Shown: one piece after another, positions 10,265 to 22,536 of the stretch
How the letters are laid out: each line of letters opens with the position of its first letter
How positions within the stretch are numbered: the stretch's first letter is position 1
NCBI RefSeq assembly: GCF_006345805.1
Contig: NC_043003.1
Span: forward strand, 91,450,001-91,514,000
From: Octopus sinensis
Taxonomy: Eukaryota
Direction of reading: 5' to 3'
Length of the DNA: 64,000 bases
Position numbers and translations under genes: made by a program
The notes under the pieces: model-generated
The model's database searches: none
What the model saw: the letters and a program-made list of their open reading frames with translations, nothing else
Told to the model about the DNA's origin: nothing

Positions 10265-10427
10265 ATGGCAGGCTTCTTTCAGTTTCTGTCTAGCAAATCC
10301 ACTCATAAGGCTTCAGTTGACCCTTGACTATAATAGAAGACATTTGCCTGAGGTGCCTTGCAGTAGGACTGAACCTGAAACCATGTAGTTAGAAAGCAAA
10401 CTTCTTAACCACACAGACACACCTACA
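10265..10427 (-). mobile_element. SINE family A, 5' half
   Basis: Reverse complement of the family A head. Confidence 0.7.
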
Positions 10428-10486
10428 TTTGTAATTACTGCAAATTCCCCTCGAATGGTCTTTAAAATCTTCTTTCTCTTTTTTAG

Positions 10487-10617
10487 GATATCATCTTGAA
10501 AATTTTATTCCAGAGGATCTTCTTAGGAATCGGTTAACAGTGCTCGAAGGATCAGTAATCGTTGAGATACCTGAGCAAGAAAAGAACTACACACTACACA
10601 AAGGTGATGGTGTAAAG
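10487..10617 (+). CDS. GGCX: GGCX exon (YHLENFIPEDLLRNRLTVLEGSVIVEIPEQEKNYTLHKGDGVK)
   Basis: Polypyrimidine tract plus ag| and |gtagga; 131 nt, phase 1 to 0; resembles human [26 protein letters not shown]..KNQTL. Confidence 0.95.
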
Positions 10618-12656
10618 GTAGGATGTCTAAGAAAATAGCAGACTTTTTTGATAAATATATTGATTTATTTTTCTATTTTAATATCTTTTGCTTAAATTTG
10701 AATACTTTCATGTGATCTTCTATCAGACATTATAAGTGCCAACATATGATAGAAATGAAGAGTAACAAAAATTAGACTTGAACAACATATTTAAAGTTTA
10801 GTTCAAGGGCTGTTACTCTTTTCTAATTCATGTAGGTTCATATAGTGTCTAACTTCATTTAATAATAATGATGGTTTCAAATTGTGACACTTCAAGGCCA
10901 GCAGTTTTGAGGGAGGAAGTTAATTACATTGGCCCCAGTAATCAACTGGTACCTATTTTATTGGCCCCAAAAGGATGAAAGGCAAAGTTGACCATGGTAG
11001 AATTTGAACTTAGAACATACAGATGGACGAAATACTGCTAAGCATTTTGCCAGATGTGCTAATGGTTCTGCCTACTCCACTCAGGTATACTGCAACTTTT
11101 CAGAAAGGGTGGACACAAAGCAGCCATAAGTCAAGTTAAAAAAGACAGCAATGAAAACTAGGAGTACATGCCCAGTATTCAGAATAAAATACAGGAAAAT
11201 AGAAAAGTGAATAGTAAAAGGAAAGGGGTACATAAGTAACATCAGGAGTAGTGTTGGTGAATTTCGAGAAGCATGGAATCTTTGAAGGATGCAGTGTCCT
11301 GGCAGCTAACCATTGACATGGATAGTTTATTCCATGCTTTGATAATCTGAGCATGAAATGTTTTACAAATTTAGACTTAATGTGAAATAGAAACCAGTGA
11401 GAGCATTTCTTGAGTGGAAGCTAGATAGGAATTTTAGGCGGTGAGGCAGACCCGTTGAGGCCTGAAGGAGAATTGAGGAGAAGGACCTGACAGATATGGG
11501 TGTGGCCTGGCCTGGAAGCAGGCTCACAACAGTTTTTGCAACTCTGTTTGATGGAAATTTCTCATCACCTGATGCTCCATAGGGAGTGAGAGTGACTTAG
11601 ACATAGACTGAAGAAGAATATATATTTATACTTTCCCAGTGCTATCATCATCATCACCACCATCATCATTTAACATCCACCTTCCATGCTAGCATGGGTT
11701 GGATGGTTTGACTAGAGCTGGCCAGGCAGAAGATTGCACCAGACTTCTGTGTCTGTTTTGGCACAGTTTTTATGGCTGGATGCCTTTCCTAACACCAACC
11801 ACCCAACAGAGTGTATTTTAAAACAATGCTTAATCCAAAATAGATCAATAACTAGACTGAAAAATAATGATGTCTATTGAACTAAAGAAAGAAAAAGTGA
11901 CAGTTATCTAAACTAATGATAATGCTCATGCCAACATGGTGATGATGATGATGACATAGACAAGTAGGATCGCATATGTAATGTAACATGATGTTGTATG
12001 CAATATGCCATCCATTGAGTGTAGGAAGTATTTGTGGTACCGTCTACATGTAAAGAAAATGTACAATGTACCATATATTGATTTTAGTGGATTCAAATGG
12101 TGGAAGTAGATCAAAAATATATATTAGTGATAGAAGCAGTTTTAGTACTGAGAGGTAATACTCATCCTCCACTTAAACGTGGATGTTCAGTTAGAATAAA
12201 CTATACTGTGATAGATGCCATGAGAGAAACTCTCATATTGGCTTTTGCTACAAAATGTACTCTTGTTTATATCACTAGCGGGGAGATAAATCTCTGCTAT
12301 CTCCAGCTGCCAGATCATACAATTTTAACATTTATTGCGCTCATCAATGATGGTTGCTTGACCACTAGAGATAGCAGTGATTCACCTCCCCACCAGCAAT
12401 ATATAAAACAAACAGTGTCAGAACAGGTGCTGGTGTTGCAATTAGCCAGTGAGGCATTGTGAGATCAGGTCTGTGGCACTGGTTTTTGATAAGATCACAC
12501 ATCAAGGTAGTTGGAGAAATACCATATGGCACAACCTATGTTGAACTGGAAAAGTAGGTGAAGAAATGATGAAGATGTAAACCTTATAAAAAAAAAATCA
12601 AATGAACCCTGGTTATAAACTCTTAATGTAGGGGGATAATTTTTTTCACTATGTAC

Positions 12657-13086
12657 ACGCAGGCATAGCTGTGTGGTAAGAAGTTTGCTTTCCAACCACT
12701 TAGTTCTGAGTTCATTCCCATTGCTTAACACTTTGGGCAAGTGCCTGGTACTACAGCCCCAGACTAACTAAAGCCTTGTGAATGGATTTGGTAGATGGGA
12801 ATTGAAAGAAGTTCATTATATATGTGTGTATATATATATACACACACATATATATATACACATGTGTGTGTCTTTGTGCTAGTGTTTGTCCCCCACCAGC
12901 ACTTGACAACTAATGCTGGTTTGTTTATGTCCGTGTAATCCAGCAGTCATCAAACAGAGACTGGTGGAATAAGTACCAGGTTTTTTTTTTTTTAATTAAG
13001 TACTGGAGTCAATTATTTGACTAAAAAAAACTTTCAACATTGTACCCCAGTGTAGCCTCTGGCCAATGACTGAAACGAATGAAAGA
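12657..13086 (+). mobile_element. SINE family A
   Basis: Collinear with 22134-22536. Confidence 0.75.
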
Positions 13087-13486
13087 TGGAAAATATAAAA
13101 TAGCCATATGTATATATTATTGAAAGGCTGTGAATTTTGTCAGAGATAATTTCCTAAGAGACACGGAAATCTTTTAAGCTATTGTTGGGACGATGTTCAT
13201 CTCGTGTTAATATATATCGTTTTTAACAGATGTCTATGAAGAGATTTTCTCTCAGACAAAAATCACAGCTTCATGCCTTTTAATGGTGTATGTACATACA
13301 CACATATTTTCATACACACAGGTATGTGTGTGTGTTAAGTGTGATACACAGATGGCAATTTTAATGCTGCTTTAGTTGCATACACCAAGTTTTTCAATAT
13401 TTTTGGAAAGCGTCAGTATTGTTCCTGTTTTAAGAATATTTATTATGCTAATGCTTCAATTTCACTTTTATTTTACTTATGTAAAG

Positions 13487-13637
13487 GTTCCTTCTGGAGA
13501 GTTCCATATCGTCCATACAGTTTCATCAGGTCCTGCAGGTTATATGTATACGTATCTCAGTCAGAAAAAGTGGAGTGAAAGCACGGCAACCTGTCCTCGG
13601 CTCAAATGGTACCAGAAACTCCCACAAGATCCACAGT
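13487..13637 (+). CDS. GGCX: GGCX exon (VPSGEFHIVHTVSSGPAGYMYTYLSQKKWSESTATCPRLKWYQKLPQDPQ)
   Basis: aag| and |gtaagt; 151 nt, phase 0 to 1; resembles human [23 protein letters not shown]. Confidence 0.92.
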
Positions 13638-14114
13638 GTAAGTAGCTCTCAAGAAGCCCAGCAACTGACTGTCTGATGTATTGGATTACAGACCCAACGG
13701 TTTTGAGTTCAAATAAAGCAATCAGTAGTGCAGGTGTTTCTTGTATACTAATACAATAGATATATGTGCATGTGTTTCAGTTGTTAGTTTAAGGAAGATG
13801 GAGAATAACAATAGCTTTTCATGCATTTCCTAGAGTAAGGATCACACATTTCCTAGAATTAAGGCTAAATGAAATGATGTGTTAGTATAAAGGGGACAGT
13901 GTCTACAAAAGAGGTCTAAAAACTCAGGAACATCTTACAAAACATAAAATAATGAAAAAAATAAGTTCTATGTTAGAGAAGGGCCCACTCTTTCTGATAA
14001 GAATTCGCTGGAATAGGTTTTTGTTACCTTATTTAGATCCATGGGAATTCTTGATCTCAGTATTGTAGGCTAATTTGAATTAGGACATACCTCCAGTGCC
14101 TACACCATCATCAT

Positions 14115-14292
14115 TTAAACTGGCCATATCGAGCCAAAATATTCTTTTTATATTCAAACTGGCCACATCCAGTCTTTCACACTTCTTTACAATGTCATTT
14201 TAAAACTAAGCAATTATGTTATAGAAATCTCTAAGCTATGAGATAATGCATGATGAATTCAAAGCAATGTAATCTGAATGCTAAAGGGTTAA
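14115..14292 (+). mobile_element. Partial TTAA-ended MITE (same family as 63660-63888 and the minus copy at about 23175-23451)
   Basis: tttaaactggccatatc..caaactggcca..ctgaatgctaaagggttaa. Confidence 0.65.
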
Positions 14293-15187
14293 CATCCACT
14301 TTTCAATGCTTGCTTGCACCAAATGGAATTTAAGGTATATTTGCTACAGCTGCCTTTCTATTGCCAACCCTCTCCTGCTTCCAGGCAAAGTAATATTTCC
14401 TCTTGGCTAGACATGTTTTTCACAGAAGATTGGAAACACTGCTTGTATGATATTGACAACTCAGACAGACATATGGGCTTCTTTTAGTATCCATCTACCA
14501 AGTCCAGTCACAAGGCTTTGGTCAGCCCTGAGCTGTAGTAGAAGATGAACCCAAGATTAAGAAGCAGGCTTCTTAACCAAACTCCTATGTGCCTTTGCTA
14601 TTTCCTGGCATCTGTTTACAACAAGAAGTAGACAAACAGCAATTAAATATGTTGACTATGGACACGGTTAAGAGAGACAGCGATGAGGTATTAAACCATC
14701 ATCTTATCAATTTGGTTGGTAGTCAGACTCGTTAACTTCAACATCAGCAACTGTCTAACTATTGTAAATTCTGTTGAGAAATATTTAGCCAAGTCAACAT
14801 CAACTTAAATTATTAGTTATGGCAAGATGAGAACATTTAGAACAGAATAGGGGACTCACCATTGAGAATAGAGTACCTACCATTGGAGGAGAAAAATATT
14901 GGACAAAATATTCCAATATAGAATCTTTAGAGGTGTTGGAGTAGAAATTCCTTCGTTCATTCCTTTTATGTCAGTTTTTCTATGCTAGCATGAGCTTGAT
15001 ATATACTACTAGCATTATGACCTGGTGTTGCCGGGTCATAGTGCTAGTGCATGTATATATGTGTATATATATATATATGTGTACATATTATATGTACATC
15101 TATATATATATACATCTACACATAAAATACAAAATACAAAGTTATATCTTGATATCGCTAGTGATAACAATACTTAAAATATATAAC

Positions 15188-15720
15188 AGACTGGAATTGA
15201 AGGCCCGTCTCTTGCAATTTCGATCAATTGTATCTTGTCCTCCTTCTTGTATAGAAGTGTGGCTACAATCCAGCCTACCTCTACTTCTGGGGGAACATTT
15301 TAAATTTTTATCCAGGACGTCCTATGTCCCAGATATAAAGGTAAAAATAAAATATTTCCACTTTGCAAGGTTCAAGTCGAGTACTCCCTTGCACGCTCCG
15401 TTGACTCGAACCTTGCTTCTATTGTGGCGAATTTACCGCCTCTGGTTAGATATCTTTCATAGTCGCACCAAGACACTTTTCGATGGTGCTTTCCTCCAGG
15501 TGTTTAAATCTTTTTTTTCTCTACATTGTATACTTTATAGACAATAGTCTTTTCTTTAATCTTATTTTTTATTTCGTTTGGTAGTGTTATCCTAGATTCA
15601 CCGTCTTTGTTGGTGATCAATCCGAAATAGGTGTGTATTTCTTCCATTTTAATTTTAATGAGTTCGCGCCCGCCAATGCCTCAGCGAAATTCATTTTTGG
15701 ACTTTCTTCTATCGAAGGCA
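15188..15720 (-). pseudogene. Possible decayed LINE ORF1-like coding remnant
   Basis: Minus frame with stops reads ..FATIEARFESTERAREYST*..RTSWIKI*NVPPEVEVGWIVATLL..; higher GC/CpG than the flanks; family not identifiable by eye. Confidence 0.3.
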
Positions 15721-16861
15721 TTTTAACAAAATTGCTTCCATATAAACGGTGAAAATGTCAACGAGGCAAAGATTAGTACAGCTGTCACACAGTATTTAGA
15801 GAGTGTTTATGAACTGTTGTTATTCAGCCCCATGTTAGCTGTTTGATAAGTCTGTAAACAAAAGTATTGAAACAGTTACTCTCCCATTCTTTCATTTCAG
15901 CTAGTGTATTTAATACATTATCTAGTATTAAACCACAATCACTTGCAATCAAGTGTCTTGGTCACAGCTCACACTATCACTTGTTTTCAATATTCATGTA
16001 TTTGCTAGCAGACCCAGGCACCTTCTCAACCCAGTGAAACATTAAAGGCTTGATAGTTGAAGGGAGGAGAGAAAGCTGTACCATAGTACTTTAAATGTTG
16101 CTTTAGTTTATCAACTGCAATGTTGACCGTGGCAAGATTTGAACTCAGAACATGAAGAGTTAAAAGAAATACAAGATATTTTGTCTGATGCTCTAACCGT
16201 TCTGCCTTATCCAATGTATTATACAATGCAGGACACACCTCACATTCTAAGATAAACCCAAAGAAATTAAATGTCCCTTTCAAATACTGTCAATCCATAT
16301 TTTCATTCCAATTAATGTGATTTACAGGAATTTAGCTGATATTTCTAGCAGGATGGGCAACTACATATAGGTTTCTGCCTTGGGAGCCTCTATGTGTGAG
16401 AGTTTACCAATCAAATGGACAGCTATCTTTGGATGTTATCTAGTATTATGCAAATGTGGTACAGTGCACCATTCCAGGCTGTGTACTCATTGTATCCATG
16501 TAAAACTCTAGATATCTCTGGCTTTTGAAGAATTAGACTAACTCTCTAAAACTAGTCATTTCTTAGCATTCTGTCTTTGTTACAATTCATTTTGAAATGA
16601 AAAAGTAAATAACTTTGTCATTAAGCTGGGATTTGAAACATAAATTAACATGAAATTTTGATGGAAAGCTTTTAGATCACTTATCCTAGAACCACTGTAT
16701 CCTAGAACCAGGGCCAGTCTCAAGTGGATTGGTATCAAAACGGTTAAGTACTGCAAAGAACTTTTGTTTGGCACTCTTACTGATTATACCATCTTTGAAA
16801 AAATGTTTAGGAATTATTGAAGATATTGCTTTAATCTGTTAATCTTTTTTTCTTTTTACAG

Positions 16862-16931
16862 TCCATAATCCAAACCTGCTGGAGACGTTTGTAAATTTCC
16901 TGAAATTAAAATATTTTATGTTTTCCAGGAG
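16862..16931 (+). CDS. GGCX: GGCX penultimate exon ((F)HNPNLLETFVNFLKLKYFMFSR(S))
   Basis: Polypyrimidine tract plus cag| and |gtgagt; 70 nt, phase 1 to 2; resembles human [20 protein letters not shown]. Confidence 0.88.
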
Positions 16932-17841
16932 GTGAGTATTTGATAGCTTGCTTTCTCTTATGTATCTTCATCATCATCATTTAATGCCTGTCTTCCTTGC
17001 TAGCATGGGTTGGACAGTTCAACAGGATCCAGTGAGTCAGAGGATTGTGCTGTACTCTTGTATCTGCTTTGGTATGGTTCCTACGGCTGGATACCCTTCC
17101 TAATGCCAGTCACCTTACATTTTGTATTGGTGCTTCTTTAGTGGCACCAGGAGATTGCAAAAAATACCCTCTCAGAGCAGAAAGGAAGGCAGTTTTATGC
17201 TAAGTGTTGAGAGGTTAACACGTAAAAAAGGGACATATATATGCACAACATAGCATGTATTAGAAAACCTAAGATAAATTCAAAGTAAGTTACATTATAA
17301 CCTTTAAGTCTCTTGTGAAACTTTGTTAGATGCCAATACATGTTATTCTTTGTACACAGAAAAATAAGCAATTGTCCTGACATATCATTGTTCATTGATC
17401 TCATTTGTGAACAATTACCCGACTCATTGTTCTATCTGTAAAGAGAACTTGTAGTAAATAACTACTTAAATATCAACTAGAACTTAGTTATAATGGCTAA
17501 ACTATGTATGTATGCATGCATAGTTTTATCTAATGTAATGTAGGTATATATATGTCTATGAATTTAAGCATGAAATAAATGCATGTATTAATTTCGCAGT
17601 TAAAGGGCTAAATGATGATGACAATTATTAAGTCAATTACATCAGTCCCAGTACTCAACTGGTACTTATTTTATCAACACTAAAAGGATGAAAGGTAAAC
17701 TCATTCTCAGCAGAATTTGAACTCAGAACATAAAGATGGACAAAATGTCACTAAGCATTTTGCCCAGCATGCTAATGATTCTGCCAGCTCACTACTTTGA
17801 AAATTATTAATATTTTTTTTCTTCTTTTTTTTCTCTTTTAG

Positions 17842-17977
17842 TCTCACATTATCTCTAGGGGCAGTGAAAAGTATTATCAGTGGCCAGCCTTTTGAAAGAA
17901 TATTGAATGAAACCTATGAATATGAAAATACACATGTTGAAAGATCTGTGAAAAACCATGCAAGACTATTTCTATGA
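17842..17977 (+). CDS. GGCX: GGCX last coding exon (LTLSLGAVKSIISGQPFERILNETYEYENTHVERSVKNHARLFL*)
   Basis: Long polypyrimidine tract plus tag|; phase 2 entry; stop TGA 17975-17977; resembles human [24 protein letters not shown]. Confidence 0.88.
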
Positions 17978-18216
17978 AATGAAAGTCAGATGGCAAAGAT
18001 AGAAAAATCTCTTAACATTCTGTAATGTCATTTGTCATATAACTGCCAGATTTTATTAAATCTCTTATAAAGCTATTTATGAAATTCATGCTTGAAGTAA
18101 AATTTTAATATATATATATATATAAAACAGAATTTTGAACAATTCTAAAAATGTTTCAAAGTAAAAATCAAGATTTTCATCATTTCTCAATGAATTCTTA
18201 TCAATATTTCAGTTTA

Positions 18217-18222
18217 AATAAA
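18217..18222 (+). promoter_or_regulatory. Candidate polyadenylation signal for GGCX (second AATAAA at 18444-18449)
   Basis: AATAAA 240 nt downstream of the stop; AT-rich context makes chance matches common. Confidence 0.4.
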
Positions 18223-18786
18223 TTTCATTTAATTGCATTTAAATTAAAAGGTGTTTGCTTTATTAGGAAGTTGTTACTTCAAAATTGCTTTTGTGTTTTC
18301 ACCTTAAGAGATCTTGGTTACTCTTCTTAACACTAACCAACAATTTTAAAGCTGAAGTGAATGTTGAACTAATTTTTCTGCATGTCAGACTTCAGTACCT
18401 ACTATAATGTACTATGATGTGTGTGTGTGTGAAAGAGATGATGAATAAAACATCCATAGTAATTAAGAGCTCAATTATAAATAGGTCATTTAACTCAATG
18501 TTATAACACTGCAGTAAAATGAGTGGGAGAAACTTGCATGTGTATACATAATTGACTAAAACAATCCTTAAAAGCTACACGTATTTAGAATAAAATGATA
18601 GTATTCCTGATGATTTGGAATAAGCATTGCTTTGAATTAACTTTCATTAATTGTGCATCTTAATTATGAAATTATACAATTAATTATGCTTAATCCTAAT
18701 GAAACAGGTGTAGAAAGTATTTAAATTATGATATATCTGTGAAATTTATGCTTTTCTACATTTATTCTATATATATATATATAAAC

Positions 18787-18945
18787 ATAGGTGTGTGGTT
18801 AAGAAGTTTGCTTCCTAATCATGTGGTTCCAGATCCAATGCCACAGAACAGCATCTTGGGCAAGTGTCACCTACTGTAGCCTTAAGAGTGAATTTGATAG
18901 ATGGAAACTGAAGGAAGCCTGTCATGTGTGTGTGTGTGCCTCCTT
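18787..18945 (+). mobile_element. SINE family A, 5' half, degenerate
   Basis: Similarity to the family A head. Confidence 0.6.
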
Positions 18946-19204
18946 GGTTTAACATCATGTGATGTCAAAACAATGTCTGTAAATGAGTTCCACCATCATA
19001 CAAGCAGTCATTCATTTTCAGTCTCCCATGAAAACATGCCTTGTCATGGTAGAATATTACCTTGCTTGGTAATAGACAAGGAAGAGCAACTCACAGTAAA
19101 AAATCTACCTCGACAGAATCCATGGGGCATCAAGCATCATCATCATTTTAATATCCACTTTTCCTTGGGAGCATGGAAAAGAGGACATTAAAACAAAGAG
19201 GTTG

Positions 19205-21722
19205 ATTATCATCATCATCATCGTTTAACGTCCGCTTTCCATGCTAGCATGGGTTGGACGATTTGACTGAGGACTGGCGAACTAGATGGCTGCACCAGGC
19301 TCCAATCTGATCTGGCAGAGTTTCTACAGCTGGATGCCCTCCCTAATGCAAACCACTCCAAGAGTGTAGTGGGTGCTTTTATATGCCACCAGCATGAAGG
19401 CCAGTCAGGCGGTACTGGCAACAGCCACACTCATGTGTTGTTTTTTATGTGCCACCTGCACAGGAGCCAGTCCAGTGGCACTGGCAACGACCTCGCTCGA
19501 ATGTTTTTCACGTGCCACCAGCACAAGTGTCAGTAAGGCGACGCTGGTAATGATCACGTTTGAATGTTGCTTTTTACGTGTCACCGGCACAGGAGCCAGT
19601 CAGCTGCTCTGGCAACAATCACGCTTGGATGGTGCTCTTAAGCATGGGTGCCAGTCATTGAATTTGCAATTTTGATTTCACTTCCCTCAACTGGTCTTCG
19701 CAAGCAGAGTTTAGTGTCCAATGAAGGAAAGGTACGCATAAGTGGGATGGTTACACCCCTGGCATAAGCCACGGGTTATGATCTCACTTGGCTTGCCGGG
19801 TCTTCTCAAGCACAGCATATTTCGAAAGGTCTTGGTCACTTGTCATTGCCTTGGTGAAGCCCAATGTTTGAAGGTCGTGCTTCTCCACCTCATCCCAGGT
19901 CTTCCTCTTCCACAGGTTCCCTTAACTGCTAGGGTGTGGCACTTTTTCACACAACTGTCCTCATCCATTTGCAACACATGACCATACCAGTGCAAATGTC
20001 TCTCCTGCACACCACATCTGATGCTTCTTAGGTCTAACTTTTCTCTTAAGGTACTTACACTCAGTCAAGTATGCACACTGACATTACACATCCAGTGGAG
20101 CATACTGGCTTCATTCCTTGCGACCTTATGCATGTCCTCAGCAGTCACAGCCCATATTTCACTGCCATGTAGCATGGCTGTTCGTACATATGCGTCATAC
20201 AGTCAACCTTTTACTCTGAGCGAGAGGCCCTTTGTCACCAGCAGAGGTAAGAGCTCTCTGAACTTTGCCTAGGCTATTCTTATTCTAGCAGCTACACTTT
20301 CAGTGCACCCTCCCCCCGCTACTGATTTGGTCACCTAGATAAAGGAAGCTATCAGCTACTTCTTGTTTTTCTCCCTGGAATGTGGCGGAAGTTGGTCTCA
20401 GAGCATTTTCAGTGTTTATTGCTCCTGAGCATCTGCCACATACAAAAACTATCTTCCCCGTTAGCCTTCCTTTGATATTGCTGCACCTCTTACGTGTCCA
20501 TAGCTTACGCTAGGTACATCTTATAGAGTTTCTACCTACACCTTCTCTACAGATCAAGCAGGGCCATTTACCTGAAGGGATTTGTGGTTTGCCTGCCTTC
20601 CTACTTATTAGGACTTTGGTTTTAGCTAGGTTGACTCTAAGGCTCTTCGATTCTAATCCTTGTTTCCACACCTGAAACTTCTCTAGTTCTGATAGTGAGC
20701 AAGGTTGTCAGCATGGAGGAGCTCCTGGGGACATCTTGTCTTGAATTCCTCTGTTATTGCCTGGAGGACTATGATAAATAGGAAGAGGCTGAGGACTGAA
20801 CCTTGGTGGACCCCTACCTCTACCCAGAATTCTTCACTGTGCCAACTCTTACCTTACTGACAGCATCCCTGTACATGGCTTGCACAGCTCTCACTAACCA
20901 TTCATCTATCCCTAGTTTCTTCATTGAGCACTAGATAAGGGATCGGGAGACCCTGTCAAAGGATTTCTCCATGTCAATGAAAGCCAGATACAGAGTTTAT
21001 GTTTGGCTGGGTATTTCTCCTGCAACTGTCTTACCAGAAATATAGCACCAGTGGTGCTTTTCCCTGGCAATGAACCCAAACTGCATCTCTCCCTAATTAG
21101 TTGGGCTATGACCCTCTCCATAACCTTCATTACGTGATCCAACAACTTGATACCGCTGTAATTATTTGTATCTAAAGTGTCACCTTTACCTTTGTAGCAG
21201 CTATGGTGCTGTTACACCAGTCATTGGGTATGACTCCTTTGTGTATCACCTGGATAACTATACGGGTGACTAGGACATAGCCGACACTACCAGATATTTT
21301 GAGTATCTCTGCAGTAATTCCTGATGGGCCTGGGGCTTTCCCTGTCTTCAAGCTTCTAATTGCCTTATCTACCAAGGAACTGACCAGTTGCTGGTCCTTC
21401 TGTTAGGTCGACATTCGGCAGACTCTCTTTCTCCCATTTATTTTCTTTATTAAGCAACCTTTCATAGTGGCGTCTCCAAACCTCTCTCTTTGCAGCCTTG
21501 TTTAGTGCAAGTGAACCATCATCCATGCGGACACATTTCTCTCCTACAACATCACGATTCTCTCTCACACACTGTCTTGCAACACAAAATACCTCAAGTC
21601 TTTGGTCCTCACGGTGCAGAACATTGGCAAATTTTTTCTTATCTGCTTCTCCTCTGGCTAAATATTTAATTTTAAAACAAACCTTAAAAAAATACATATC
21701 TTCTCAGTTTTGGAGCCTGTGA
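19205..21722 (-). mobile_element. Degenerate 5'-truncated RTE LINE (end of the endonuclease-RT linker, RT and 3' UTR)
   Basis: Minus ORF fragments (CVRENRDVVGEKCVRMDDGSL, KTGKAPGPSGITAEILK, VMKVMERVIAQLIRER) homologous to 6005-8092, with multiple frameshifts. Confidence 0.92.
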
Positions 21723-22133
21723 CATTGTTGAAGGTTGATGAGAAGAGGCCTGATGAGTTGACTCTTCATCTCTAGAAGACTAAGCACATATTTTATAAGA
21801 GACACTAAAGTAAGTGATTCTTCCACTCCACTCACATACTCTAAATGCTATAATGGAAGTGGGGAAACACATCTGCAACTGAATGGAGTAAATCACAGAA
21901 GTATTGCCAACAAGTAATTATTTAATCCAAGAATTTGGAGATGCTGGTCTGCCAGTTACAAGTCCTTGGCTTGGTGACTCATCAAACCAGAATGTCAGGT
22001 AAGGCTTGCAAGAAGTGGGGCATGTTATTCCAGTGCTTACCCTCATGATTGTTCACAATAATGTCTTGAGCTGCTTCCATTGATAAAATGAAAAAAAATT
22101 CTAACGATGAAAAAGTCAAAAATAAAGCTTATA

Positions 22134-22536
22134 GGCGCAGGAGTGGCTGTGTGGTAAGTAGCTTGCTAACCAACCACATGGTTCCGGGTTCAGTCCCACT
22201 GTGTGGCATCTTGGGCAAGTGTCTTCTGCTATAGCCCCGGGCCGACCAATGCCTTGTGAGTGGATTTGGTAGACGGAAACTGAAAGAAGCCTGTCGTATA
22301 TATGTATATATATATGAGTGTGTGTGTTTGTGTGTCTGTTTGTCCCCCTAGCATTGCTTGACAACCGATGCTGGTGTGTTTACGTCCCCGTCACTTAGCG
22401 GTTCGGCAAAAGAGACCGATAGAATAAGTACTGGGCTTACAAAGAATAAGTCCTGGGGTCGATTTGCTCGACTAAAGGCGGTGCTCCAGCATGGCCGCAG
22501 TCAAATGACTGAAACAAGTAAAAGAGAAAGAGAAAG
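22134..22536 (+). mobile_element. Well-preserved tRNA-derived SINE (family A)
   Basis: ggcgcaggagtggctgtgtggtaag (A box), ggttcagtccc (B-box-like), internal (TA)(TG) tract, 3' aaacaagtaaaaga; CpGs retained. Confidence 0.88.

Noticed and set aside
14990-15547. 185-aa + strand ORF
   Set aside because: It runs through a TA/TG microsatellite and the antisense of a probable decayed repeat; no domain and no splice logic linking it to GGCX
21750-21800. CTGATGA as a possible hammerhead core
   Set aside because: No downstream GAAA with closing stems
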